From assembly GCA_021786945.1 (NCBI GenBank), contig JAJYMK010000003.1, positions 329,366-393,365 of the forward strand: DNA of 64,000 nucleotides, in the 5' to 3' direction. This stretch comes from a bacterium. GTDB lineage: Bacteria; Patescibacteriota; Minisyncoccia; UBA6257; 02-FULL-45-10c. Positions 10,143 to 18,014 of this stretch are shown here, one piece after another. Both the position numbers and the translations under genes were made by a program. Every line of letters begins with the position of its first letter. Position 1 is the stretch's first letter. Under the pieces are notes generated by a model, which saw only the letters and a list, made by a program, of their open reading frames with translations, did not search any database and was not told the DNA's origin.

Positions 10143-11018
10143 TTAAATTATTTTTATTCCTCTTAATTTTGCCGACCTGCTCCGCGGATTATTTTTTATT
10201 TCTTCCGCCGAAGCTATTATTGGTTTTTTTGTTAAAATTTCCGCTACCCCGTCTTTTTTCATATCCCTGAAAGCATTTTTAACTATTCTGTCCTCCAACG
10301 AATGGAATGAAATTATCGCAACCCTTCCTCCGTTTTTTACTATTTCTTTCAGATCTCCAAGTATCTTCTGAAGGTTATCCAGCTCTCCGTTTACAAATAT
10401 CCTTAAAGCCTGAAATGTCCTTGTCGCCGGATCTATCCTTCCCCTTTCGTAACTTTTGGGTAAAACTTCTCTGACTACCCCGGCAAGCTGAAAACTGGTT
10501 TTTATTGCCTCTTTTTTTCTGGCTTCCACGATAGCTCTGGTAATTCTTCCAGGAAATCTCTCTTCCCCATAAACCTTTATAATCTCTTTCAGTTTTTCTT
10601 CTGGATAAGAATTAACCACTTCGTAAGCCGTAAGCCCTCCATCCGAATAAGACATTATCAGCGGCTCATCTTTTTTAAAGCTGAATCCCTTTCCGGAATC
10701 ATCCAGCTGATCCGAAGAAAATCCCAAGTCCAAAAGTAATCCATCCACCTTCGGCAAGGATTTTTCTTTCATGATTTCTTTGATATCCGCGTAATTCCTG
10801 TTCAGGAATAAAAAGTTATTTCTACCAAAAATACTTTTATTCCTTTCCATTGCCTTTTTATCCCAATCCAGCGAAATCAATTTTCCGGTTTCACCAACGG
10901 CTTCCAAAATTTTTCCAGAATGACCGCCGGCTCCAAAAGTGCCATCTATAAAGAATTCACCTTTTTGCGGCTGCAATATTTCCATTACCTCATTTAAAAG
11001 AACTGGAATGTGTGGCAT
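10143..11018 (-). CDS. rsmH: 16S rRNA (cytosine1402-N4)-methyltransferase RsmH/MraW
   Basis: MPHIPVLL…DGTFGAGGHS SAM-binding signature, located downstream of mraZ. Confidence 0.9.
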   Translation of the reverse strand: MPHIPVLLNEVMEILQPQKGEFFIDGTFGAGGHSGKILEAVGETGKLISLDWDKKAMERNKSIFGRNNFLFLNRNYADIKEIMKEKSLPKVDGLLLDLGFSSDQLDDSGKGFSFKKDEPLIMSYSDGGLTAYEVVNSYPEEKLKEIIKVYGEERFPGRITRAIVEARKKEAIKTSFQLAGVVREVLPKSYERGRIDPATRTFQALRIFVNGELDNLQKILGDLKEIVKNGGRVAIISFHSLEDRIVKNAFRDMKKDGVAEILTKKPIIASAEEIKNNPRSRSAKLRGIKII

Positions 11019-11097
11019 ATTTTCAAACCTTAGCTTTTAGCATTGGGCGGAGCCCTACAAACTCTTTTCGCCGCTACAAACTAAGTCCGTTTTTATT

Positions 11098-11529
11098 TTA
11101 AATACCTAACTCCCCTAATTTTTCGGCTATTTCATCTGAAGAGGATTCGGTTTTTGATTTATACTCCTTCCAAGATTCACTGTTCCAGATTTCAATTCGG
11201 TTATAAACTCCGGCAATAACGGTTTCTTTGGAAAGACCCGCATATTCGCGGAGATAATCCGGAATCAAAATTCTTCCCTGCTTGTCGAGTTCCACATCCA
11301 TAGCTCCGGCAACCATCAATCTGACGAACGCCCTGGAATTGGATTGAACCAAAGGAAGATTTATGAGTTTCTGGGCCAAAACCTCCCAGTCTTTGGAAGT
11401 AAAAACAAAAAGACAGTGATCAAGTCCCTTTGTAATAATTGCGCCGGTTCCTACTTTTTGGCGGAATTTTACAGGAAGTGCGATCCTGCCTTTGGTATCT
11501 AAACTATGTTTGTATTCTCCAATAAACAT
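11098..11529 (-). CDS. mraZ: transcriptional regulator MraZ
   Basis: MFIGEYKHSLDTKGRIALP and a second DxxxR repeat, giving the duplicated MraZ fold. Confidence 0.9.
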   Translation of the reverse strand: MFIGEYKHSLDTKGRIALPVKFRQKVGTGAIITKGLDHCLFVFTSKDWEVLAQKLINLPLVQSNSRAFVRLMVAGAMDVELDKQGRILIPDYLREYAGLSKETVIAGVYNRIEIWNSESWKEYKSKTESSSDEIAEKLGELGI

Positions 11530-11555
11530 AAGATGCTTTTATAAGTTATCCCCAG

Positions 11556-11595
11556 AATTAAGGCTTATCCCCACATTTATCCACATCTCACCCTA
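11556..11595. promoter_or_regulatory. cluster of three TTATCC(C/A)CA repeats (DnaA-box-like / MraZ-operator-like) upstream of mraZ
   Basis: TTATCCCCA at 11556, TTATCCCCA at 11575 and a perfect TTATCCACA at 11587, sitting 27-66 bp upstream of the mraZ start. On the mraZ strand they read as TGTGG(A/G) direct repeats. Confidence 0.4.
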
Positions 11596-11648
11596 TATAT
11601 CCATTTTACACCACTAGACCAAATTATGTCAAAGGGCTACACAACAAT

Positions 11649-11677
11649 AAAAAAGCCCGTATTTACGGGCTTTTTTG
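11649..11677. terminator. hairpin AGCCCGTATTTACGGGCT with flanking A/T runs
   Basis: A symmetric terminator-like hairpin lying between mraZ upstream region and tRNA-Val. Confidence 0.5.
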
Positions 11678-11738
11678 GCTATTCATTAAAATTATCCACA
11701 ATAAGCTTTTTTTGCTTATTCCCCACTTTATAAATTGT

Positions 11739-11809
11739 GCGCTCTGCAGGGATCGGACCTGCGACCTTTCCGATGTGAACGGAACGCTCTACCACTGAGC
11801 TAAGAGCGC
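11739..11809 (-). tRNA. tRNA-Val(CAC)
   Basis: The reverse complement GCGCTCTTAGCTCAGTGGTAGAGCGTTCCGTTCACATCGGAAAGGTCGCAGGTCCGATCCCTGCAGAGCGCA folds as a cloverleaf. Anticodon loop is TTCACAT. Confidence 0.8.
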
Positions 11810-11903
11810 AATAAAAATTATTTATTACTTAAATATAATAAACAAAAAACACGCCGAATTCAATTAAATTAAAAAATGATTGGGTTTTAAATTTTTATTA
11901 AAA

Positions 11904-13148
11904 TCAGTTTTTAAGACAACGAACAGGAAATCCCCATGCCCCGCTGTATGAGTACCGAGCTACCGTTGTATAAATAGAAGCCAAAAGCCGCGCCCATGCG
12001 CCACTTCCTCCAGCATCCGAAGACCAAAAGTATGTGTAAGCGTCACGATTACCAAATGACCCAGTAACGCCTCTATAACCAGTTAAAGTACTGTTAAATC
12101 CAGATATTCCGCCAGATTTTAATTTTGTTCCAGCGGCACTACAATCCCAAGTTCCATTCCTAGAAACATTGCAAGTCTGACCCGCATCGGTAAGATATTG
12201 GTCTAGTATATTTTGTTCGGCATCTGTAGGAACGTGCCATCCCACGGGACAGACACCTTGAGCTCCAGCTATTGTTGAACCATGCATAGCGGCCGACCAT
12301 TGATAAACGAAGCCAAATTTATTAGAAATAATGTTAGCAAGTGTTTCTTCGGCGCTATTAGTGGCATTTGGAGGATAAGAATAATAACCATGGTCTAGGC
12401 CATCCCAAGTTGCAGTAACAGGACCTCTGGTTATAGCTGTTCCATCAGGATATTTAGTGGTTCTAATATTCTCAGTCATCCAACATTGTGTGCCAATTAA
12501 AACAGTTGAATAAGAATTATTATCAGCGTCAGTAATTAAGTCTCCACAAGTCAAGCCTGGCAAAATAGCCGAATCTAGGCTCAAATCATTTCCAGTCTCA
12601 AATCTTGTAGAACTTCGTCCTCCATCAGCAACGGCATTCGATGCAAGATATTTGTCGGATTCAAGAGTAGCAGAAAGAGCCCAAGAACCAGGGATATAGG
12701 TGTAGTAGAGACCATTAGCTACGGTATTGACTGGATCAATAGGGAGATTGGAGAAAAGAGTTCCGGCTGAGGATTGAACTGAAGATAGATTGACTGGTAT
12801 CCAACCTGTACCGTCTATATTTCTGTAGTTTCCTGAGGTAGAACAGTGATAGCTACCACTACTGAGAGCTGGGAGACCAAGATCAGAACAATTGGCTTGA
12901 GCGCTTGGTATAGATACATAGACATCACCATGGGTACCCATATTGGTGCTACCTCCAAAGGATTGATACAAGAGAAGAGCTTGGTTTATAGATGTTATCT
13001 CCGTGATTCTATTGGCATCTCTGCTCTGCTTTACCATCTGAGCCGGGTTTATGACCAGGAGAACTGTTGTGGCCAGGACTGCTAATATACCTATGACTAT
13101 CAATAGTTCTATGAGGGTGAAGGCTTTTTGGAATTCAAAACGATTCAT
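11904..13148 (-). CDS. type IV pilin-like protein with C-terminal Fibrobacter-succinogenes-type (FISUMP) domain
   Basis: Prepilin N-terminus QKAFTLIELLIVIGILAV. The C-terminal region has GTQCWMTENIR…, CPVGWHVPTDAEQ…, YFWSSDAGG… and GFPVRCLKN blocks typical of the TIGR02145 paralogous domain. Confidence 0.6.
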   Translation of the reverse strand: MNRFEFQKAFTLIELLIVIGILAVLATTVLLVINPAQMVKQSRDANRITEITSINQALLLYQSFGGSTNMGTHGDVYVSIPSAQANCSDLGLPALSSGSYHCSTSGNYRNIDGTGWIPVNLSSVQSSAGTLFSNLPIDPVNTVANGLYYTYIPGSWALSATLESDKYLASNAVADGGRSSTRFETGNDLSLDSAILPGLTCGDLITDADNNSYSTVLIGTQCWMTENIRTTKYPDGTAITRGPVTATWDGLDHGYYSYPPNATNSAEETLANIISNKFGFVYQWSAAMHGSTIAGAQGVCPVGWHVPTDAEQNILDQYLTDAGQTCNVSRNGTWDCSAAGTKLKSGGISGFNSTLTGYRGVTGSFGNRDAYTYFWSSDAGGSGAWARLLASIYTTVARYSYSGAWGFPVRCLKN

Positions 13149-13213
13149 ATTTAATTATTTTAGCATAATTATATAGAAATAAAAAAAAATATAATAAACA
13201 TATTGTACATAGA

Positions 13214-13250
13214 AACAAAAAACGCCCTGAATTCAATCAGGGCGTTTTTC
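13214..13250 (-). terminator. rplL terminator (ACGCCCTGAATTCAATCAGGGCGT)
   Basis: A perfect hairpin with T-run on the minus strand, right after the rplL stop. Confidence 0.6.
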
Positions 13251-13256
13251 ATAAAA

Positions 13257-13628
13257 TTACTGAAGTTCAACTGTAGCACCGGCAGCTTCCAATTTCTTCT
13301 TCAAATCTTCAGCCTCCTCTTTCTTTAAGCCTTCTTTAACGGCTTTAGGAGCGGCATCTACAATATCCTTGGCTTCTTTCAAACCAAGACCAGTAGCTTC
13401 TCTCAAAACTTTGATAACCTGAATCTTTTGAGCACCGCCGTCTTTCAACATAACTTTCCAGGCGGTCTTCTCTTCGGCTTCGCCTCCGGCAGCAGCACCG
13501 GCTCCGGCAGCCATTACCGGCATAGCGGCAGAAATTCCGAACTTCTCCTCCATCGCCTTTACAAATTCGGCGAGTTCAACAACTTTCATTTCCGCAATCT
13601 TATCCAATAAATCTTTATACTTTTCCAT
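13257..13628 (-). CDS. rplL: 50S ribosomal protein L7/L12
   Basis: Ala/Glu-rich hinge and the conserved C-terminal domain [22 protein letters not shown]. Confidence 0.9.
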   Translation of the reverse strand: MEKYKDLLDKIAEMKVVELAEFVKAMEEKFGISAAMPVMAAGAGAAAGGEAEEKTAWKVMLKDGGAQKIQVIKVLREATGLGLKEAKDIVDAAPKAVKEGLKKEEAEDLKKKLEAAGATVELQ

Positions 13629-13653
13629 AATTATTTTTTATTTATTTTTAATT

Positions 13654-14166
13654 TTAATTGCTTGCTTTTTTTGACACTTCAGTTAAACCGAACATGACCT
13701 TTTTGATTGGCATAGTAAGCATCATAGCTATCTGAGCCAATAATACTTCTCTGGAAGGTAATGTAGCGACAAGATTGAATTCTTTGACGTCAACGAGTCT
13801 GCCCTCCTTCAAATCGTATGCTCCCACTACTTCAAATTCGCCTTTTTTGGATTTTTTGATATCCTTGGCAAATTTATTTATTATGGCAGCTACGGAAGTC
13901 AGATCGCCCTTGGCAAATATGGCGGCCATCTGCGACTTTGCAGTCATGGCATCGAAACTGATTCCGGAGTTCTTAAAAGAAATATTTATTAATCTCTTTT
14001 TAACAACTTTCAAATCAGCTCCGGCTTTTTTAAGATCTCTTTTGAGCTTCTTAAAATCCTCCACCAGAACGCCGTTGAAACCGACGAAAACCGCGGTTCC
14101 ACTTTCTTTCAATCTCTTTACGCTTTCGTCAACTAAAGAAGTTTTTTGCTTTTTAGTTAATGGCAT
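13654..14166 (-). CDS. rplJ: 50S ribosomal protein L10
   Basis: L10-like N-terminus; its position directly upstream of rplL on the same strand is the canonical rplJ-rplL order. Confidence 0.9.
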   Translation of the reverse strand: MPLTKKQKTSLVDESVKRLKESGTAVFVGFNGVLVEDFKKLKRDLKKAGADLKVVKKRLINISFKNSGISFDAMTAKSQMAAIFAKGDLTSVAAIINKFAKDIKKSKKGEFEVVGAYDLKEGRLVDVKEFNLVATLPSREVLLAQIAMMLTMPIKKVMFGLTEVSKKASN

Positions 14167-14333
14167 AATTTGTGAATCTTATAATGATTCTATTTTTTTA
14201 ATTAAAAAAGGACCTTTACAGTCCATAGTATATTTGCCCTCACAGCAAATTTTATTTTCCTCGACAGGACTTATGGGTGCCTGTTGTCTATGGATGTACA
14301 TATAATATATACAAAAATGTCCAAATCGTCAAG

Positions 14334-14368
14334 AAAGAAAAAGCCCCGGTTCATTATGAACCGGGGCG
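14334..14368 (-). terminator. terminator hairpin GCCCCGGTTCATTATGAACCGGGGC after AAA+ gene 1
   Basis: A GC hairpin followed by T-run on the minus strand, 7 nt after the stop. Confidence 0.6.
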
Positions 14369-14374
14369 TATTTT

Positions 14375-15706
14375 TTAATCCTTCTTTTCGTCTTTTCCGT
14401 CTTCCTCTTCCTTTTCAAAAACAATTTTGGATTTCTCATTGAGTACGACGTAAATTATGTCTTTCTCTTTGATGAATCCCTTGTTCTTGAGCCGGCAAAG
14501 GGGCTTGCGAAGATATTTGTAAACCTTATTCTTCACGAGCCGTGCGCCATTTTCAGGCTTATCGGTAGCTTCGTTGAGGATGAATTCCTTAACCCTCTCG
14601 TCAAAGACGAGGGTAACCGGAAAACTCTTCAGGACTTTTTCCTGGAATTTGCGCAGTTCCACGTCAACAATCTTGCGCAATATATCCGGACCAAGGGGTC
14701 TGTAAACGCTTATTCTGTCGAGCCGCGCCAGAAATTCCGGCGGGAAAGCTTTCTTAAGCTCTTCGAGGGACTGCTTGTATATTTCTTTATCCAAGACAGA
14801 CTCCTCTTTTTTCTCTATCTTCTGAACGAACCCAAGCTTACCTTTCGGATTCAGTATTTCGGCGATCTGGCGGGAACCGACGTTAGTCGTCATGAGAATA
14901 ACCGAATTGGAAAAATCGGTTATCATGCCGTTGGCCAACTGCAGCTGCGCCTTATCGATGATATTCAGAAGTATATTATGAAGAGCCGGATGGGCTTTTT
15001 CTATCTCATCAAAAAGAATGATGGATTTAGGCCGTTTAACTTCGGTAAATGCCTGCATAGCCGCAAGTCTGTTTACCTCAGACACAACCTTTTCGCGCTC
15101 AGCGAGTATCGGAAAAGCTTCTTTGAGTTTCTTGTTAAGAAGTGGCCATTTCTTTACGTCTACATTTCCCTTCTCGTCAAAAAACTCGGAAAACTCTACC
15201 ATCTGATCGGCTAAGTCATAATTCAACTGAATAAGCTCTTTGACTTTTTCGTTGAATTCTTCTTTCGCCTTGATCATTTTAGGATCCGTGTCTTTTGCGA
15301 ACTTATCGATGCTCCCCTGAAACAGAATGGGAGCAGTGCCCGAATCCCGCGGATCTTTCGGATTCCAGTGGCCAACATAGCCAGCCGGAGAACCGATGAG
15401 TTTGGAAATGCTATGGCTTTCCGAATACGCTTCACACGGAATTTTCGTGAAAGCATTCCTGTCACCAAACCAGTATTCAGCAAGTAATTCAGCCGTTAAG
15501 GTTTTACCGACACCGGAGGGTCCCGCGCACAAACCCACGTAAATAGGTTTGTTTTCCGTAAACATCTCCGACTCGAAAACCTCTATTGCATCGGCCAAAT
15601 CTTTCACTGCCTTATCCTGGCCTTTTATAACAGACAACATGAATTCTAAAAGCCGTAAAGCTTTTTCGCTTGGCTTTTCGCCATCCAACCTTATTCTGCG
15701 TTTCAT
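14375..15706 (-). CDS. standalone Clp/Hsp100 D2-type AAA+ ATPase with ~90-aa insert between Walker A and B
   Basis: ClpB-D2-like entry VIKGQDKAV…PIYVGLCAGPSGVGKT (Walker A). Walker B/sensor block IILFDEIEKAHPALHNILLNIIDKAQL. Sensor-2 EFLARLDRISVYRPLG. Strong SD (GGGGGTGA). GC is elevated (~45%). Confidence 0.7.
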   Translation of the reverse strand: MKRRIRLDGEKPSEKALRLLEFMLSVIKGQDKAVKDLADAIEVFESEMFTENKPIYVGLCAGPSGVGKTLTAELLAEYWFGDRNAFTKIPCEAYSESHSISKLIGSPAGYVGHWNPKDPRDSGTAPILFQGSIDKFAKDTDPKMIKAKEEFNEKVKELIQLNYDLADQMVEFSEFFDEKGNVDVKKWPLLNKKLKEAFPILAEREKVVSEVNRLAAMQAFTEVKRPKSIILFDEIEKAHPALHNILLNIIDKAQLQLANGMITDFSNSVILMTTNVGSRQIAEILNPKGKLGFVQKIEKKEESVLDKEIYKQSLEELKKAFPPEFLARLDRISVYRPLGPDILRKIVDVELRKFQEKVLKSFPVTLVFDERVKEFILNEATDKPENGARLVKNKVYKYLRKPLCRLKNKGFIKEKDIIYVVLNEKSKIVFEKEEEDGKDEKKD

Positions 15707-15789
15707 ACTATCACCCCCGTTATTTAATTTAAAAAGACTCTAATTTAATATTCACCCTTCTAGAAAAAACAGTCAACCCCATTTTTTAA

Positions 15790-15831
15790 AAAAAGAAAAA
15801 GCCCCCCTACTCTTTTCAGAGTAAGGGGGCA
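15790..15831 (-). terminator. terminator hairpin GCCCCCCTACTCTTTTCAGAGTAAGGGGGC after AAA+ gene 2
   Basis: A long GC hairpin plus T-run on the minus strand, directly after the stop codon. Confidence 0.6.
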
Positions 15832-15835
15832 GATT

Positions 15836-17104
15836 TTATTTGACATCGCCAGGCTTCTCCTCTTCACACTGCTTGGAAAAAACCACGTCTTTGCCATCGA
15901 GGTCGACACAGACTATATCCGCTTCTTTTATTTCTTTCCGGTTCCTGAGCCGCGCCATTTCCCGCCTTATGTACTTATCGAACTTGGCAAGAAGCGTCGA
16001 GGCTCCGAATTCCAGACGGTCCAAAGATTCGTTAACGATGAAATTCTTAACTTCATCGCTTATCCTGAGCGAAATAGGAAATGAAGCGTTAACCAGTTCC
16101 GTATAGAACTTATTAAGCTCCAGATCGAAAATCTCGTTCAGAGAATCTTTGAACAGCGGACGGAAAACAGATATCCTGTCAAACGAAGACAGGAAATCAA
16201 GACTTATATTTTCGACCGCAAACTGCATTGAAGATTTATAAATCTTCTTTGCGTCCGAAAGCCGATCATATATAGCCTTGTCCATTTTCTCGATCTGTTC
16301 TTTGCTAGGAGGTTCGAAACCCAGCCTTCCCTTTTTCAGTCCCCTCACCTCTTCCATTATCACATCCGAACTGATGGTGGACGTAACAATAACTATAGAA
16401 TTGGTAAGATCGACTTCTTCGCCGTTTTCGAATCGCACGTATCCGTCTCTCAGCACTCTCTGGATAATACTGAGCATGCCGGGACAAGAACGTTCGAAAT
16501 CACTGAAGACGACGATGGAAAGACTGTTCTGGGGTTTGTAACTGTTGAGCTTCTCCTCAAGAACATTGATTGCATCAACGAGATTAATGCAATGCTTCGT
16601 GGTATCGCCAAGCTTCTGCCGCAGCTCATCTGAGCCGACAGCCGAGTCATTGGCGGTATTACAAAGCCTGAAAAGTTCAGCCTGTTTTTTCTCCAGTATC
16701 TCCTGTAGCTTTTTCTGGCCATTGAATATCCGGCAGTAATCCTTGTTCCTCAGTAAAAGAGGAAGATCGATTTCCGCTCTGGACAACATAGCCGGAACAG
16801 CCGCTACGGTTTCCATATTGAAAGCTCCGCAAGGAATTTCGGAATAATACTTGCTGTTTCCGAAAAATATTTCCGCCAAGCTTTCGACGAAAAGCCGTTT
16901 TCCGACATTTGGCAACCCCAGAAATAATCCCTTATAAATAGGGCTATTTCTGCGCCTCAGTCCGGAAGTCAGGCCTTCAAAGCATTTCACGAAGTTTCCG
17001 ATAACCGGATCCTGACCCTTAATCCTTTCTTTTAACATCGCAAAGAGATTAGAGGCCTTGTCGCTTTTTTCTCCCCGGGAAAGACGTATCATTTTGCGTT
17101 TCAT
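15836..17104 (-). CDS. paralogous Clp-D2-like AAA+ protein with degenerate Walker A/B (predicted pseudo-ATPase)
   Basis: Same architecture as the neighbour (IKGQDPVI…GLFLGLPNVGKRL; SEIPCGAF; FLSSFDRISVFRPL). The residue after the P-loop Lys is R instead of S/T. Walker B reads VVFSDFERSCP rather than hhhhDE. Strong SD AAGGGAGGGG. Confidence 0.65.
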   Translation of the reverse strand: MKRKMIRLSRGEKSDKASNLFAMLKERIKGQDPVIGNFVKCFEGLTSGLRRRNSPIYKGLFLGLPNVGKRLFVESLAEIFFGNSKYYSEIPCGAFNMETVAAVPAMLSRAEIDLPLLLRNKDYCRIFNGQKKLQEILEKKQAELFRLCNTANDSAVGSDELRQKLGDTTKHCINLVDAINVLEEKLNSYKPQNSLSIVVFSDFERSCPGMLSIIQRVLRDGYVRFENGEEVDLTNSIVIVTSTISSDVIMEEVRGLKKGRLGFEPPSKEQIEKMDKAIYDRLSDAKKIYKSSMQFAVENISLDFLSSFDRISVFRPLFKDSLNEIFDLELNKFYTELVNASFPISLRISDEVKNFIVNESLDRLEFGASTLLAKFDKYIRREMARLRNRKEIKEADIVCVDLDGKDVVFSKQCEEEKPGDVK

Positions 17105-17224
17105 AACCCCTCCCTTTTTCCTCTATATTTTTGTAAAAGCTTCTATCCCTATTTAAACACTACAACAAAATAAAAACAACCCCCTGTCAACCGTTATTAA
17201 AAAATTTCATTATTCTTTTGCACT

Positions 17225-17953
17225 TTAATCTTTAATTAAAGGCACGAAGCTGAAACCAAAATATTCTTTTTTATCGAAAAAATCTTTAGCTTTTTTCTCC
17301 ACTACCACAATACTATTTTTAACCGGAGCAATAATTTTTCCACCAATTTTTAATTGCTCAAACCAAAAAGCCGGAATTTCATCACTAGCCGCTGCGGCAA
17401 TAATTTTATCGTATGGTTCAAATTCTTTACAACCCAATGATCCATCTCCAATAATTAATTTTACTATTCCCTGCTTCTCAAATCCATACTTAGACATATT
17501 TTCTCTAGCGAATTTCTGAAGCTCTTCAATCCTCTCCACTGAAATAACTGAATAAGAAATTGAGGTCAGGGTACCTTGGGCGATAATTTCTTTCTGAGTT
17601 TTGTCTTCACTCCCAACAAACTCAGCTCTTTGCTCTATCTCTTTTTTCATATGGGTTAAAATATACGCCATCAGAGCAGTTTTCCAACCAGAACCGGTAC
17701 CAATCTCTAAAACTCGCTCTCCGATTTTTAAATCCAAAAGCTCCAGCATAAAAGCCACGACAAGCGGCTGGGAAATCGTCTGTTCAAAACCGATAGATAG
17801 AGCTTCGTTGGAATAAGCATTGTTTTTTTTCTGTTCCGGCACAAAATCCTTTCTGTCTATATTTTTAAAAGCCTCTATGATTACCGGATTTTTTAAATAA
17901 CCATCCTTTTTTAAAAGCTCTATAAGTTCTTCGTTTGTGTTTAAGACTGCCAT
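17225..17953 (-). CDS. pcm: protein-L-isoaspartate O-methyltransferase
   Basis: TISQPLVVAFMLELL…RVLEIGTGSGWKTALMA is the PIMT SAM-binding signature. GC is native-like (low). Confidence 0.85.
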   Translation of the reverse strand: MAVLNTNEELIELLKKDGYLKNPVIIEAFKNIDRKDFVPEQKKNNAYSNEALSIGFEQTISQPLVVAFMLELLDLKIGERVLEIGTGSGWKTALMAYILTHMKKEIEQRAEFVGSEDKTQKEIIAQGTLTSISYSVISVERIEELQKFARENMSKYGFEKQGIVKLIIGDGSLGCKEFEPYDKIIAAAASDEIPAFWFEQLKIGGKIIAPVKNSIVVVEKKAKDFFDKKEYFGFSFVPLIKD

Positions 17954-17971
17954 AAATATATTATAACAAAA

Positions 17972-18006
17972 GAAAAAGCCCCGATCCTTACGAATCGGGG
18001 CTTATT
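17972..18006 (-). terminator. terminator hairpin GCCCCGATCCTTACGAATCGGGGC after the 721-aa gene
   Basis: A GC hairpin plus T-run on the minus strand; it may act in both directions. Confidence 0.6.
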
Positions 18007-18014
18007 TTCAGGCC

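Noticed and set aside
11530-11900. Chromosomal replication origin, suggested by DnaA boxes, AT-rich sequence and a nearby dnaB
   Set aside because: No dnaA/dnaN genes are in the window, and no clear AT-rich 13-mer DUE repeats. The box cluster is better explained as mraZ promoter regulation, and is listed only as a regulatory finding.
13775-14305. 176-aa plus-strand ORF
   Set aside because: It is antisense to the clearly identifiable rplJ (L10), and its translation is low-complexity Ser/Leu-rich.
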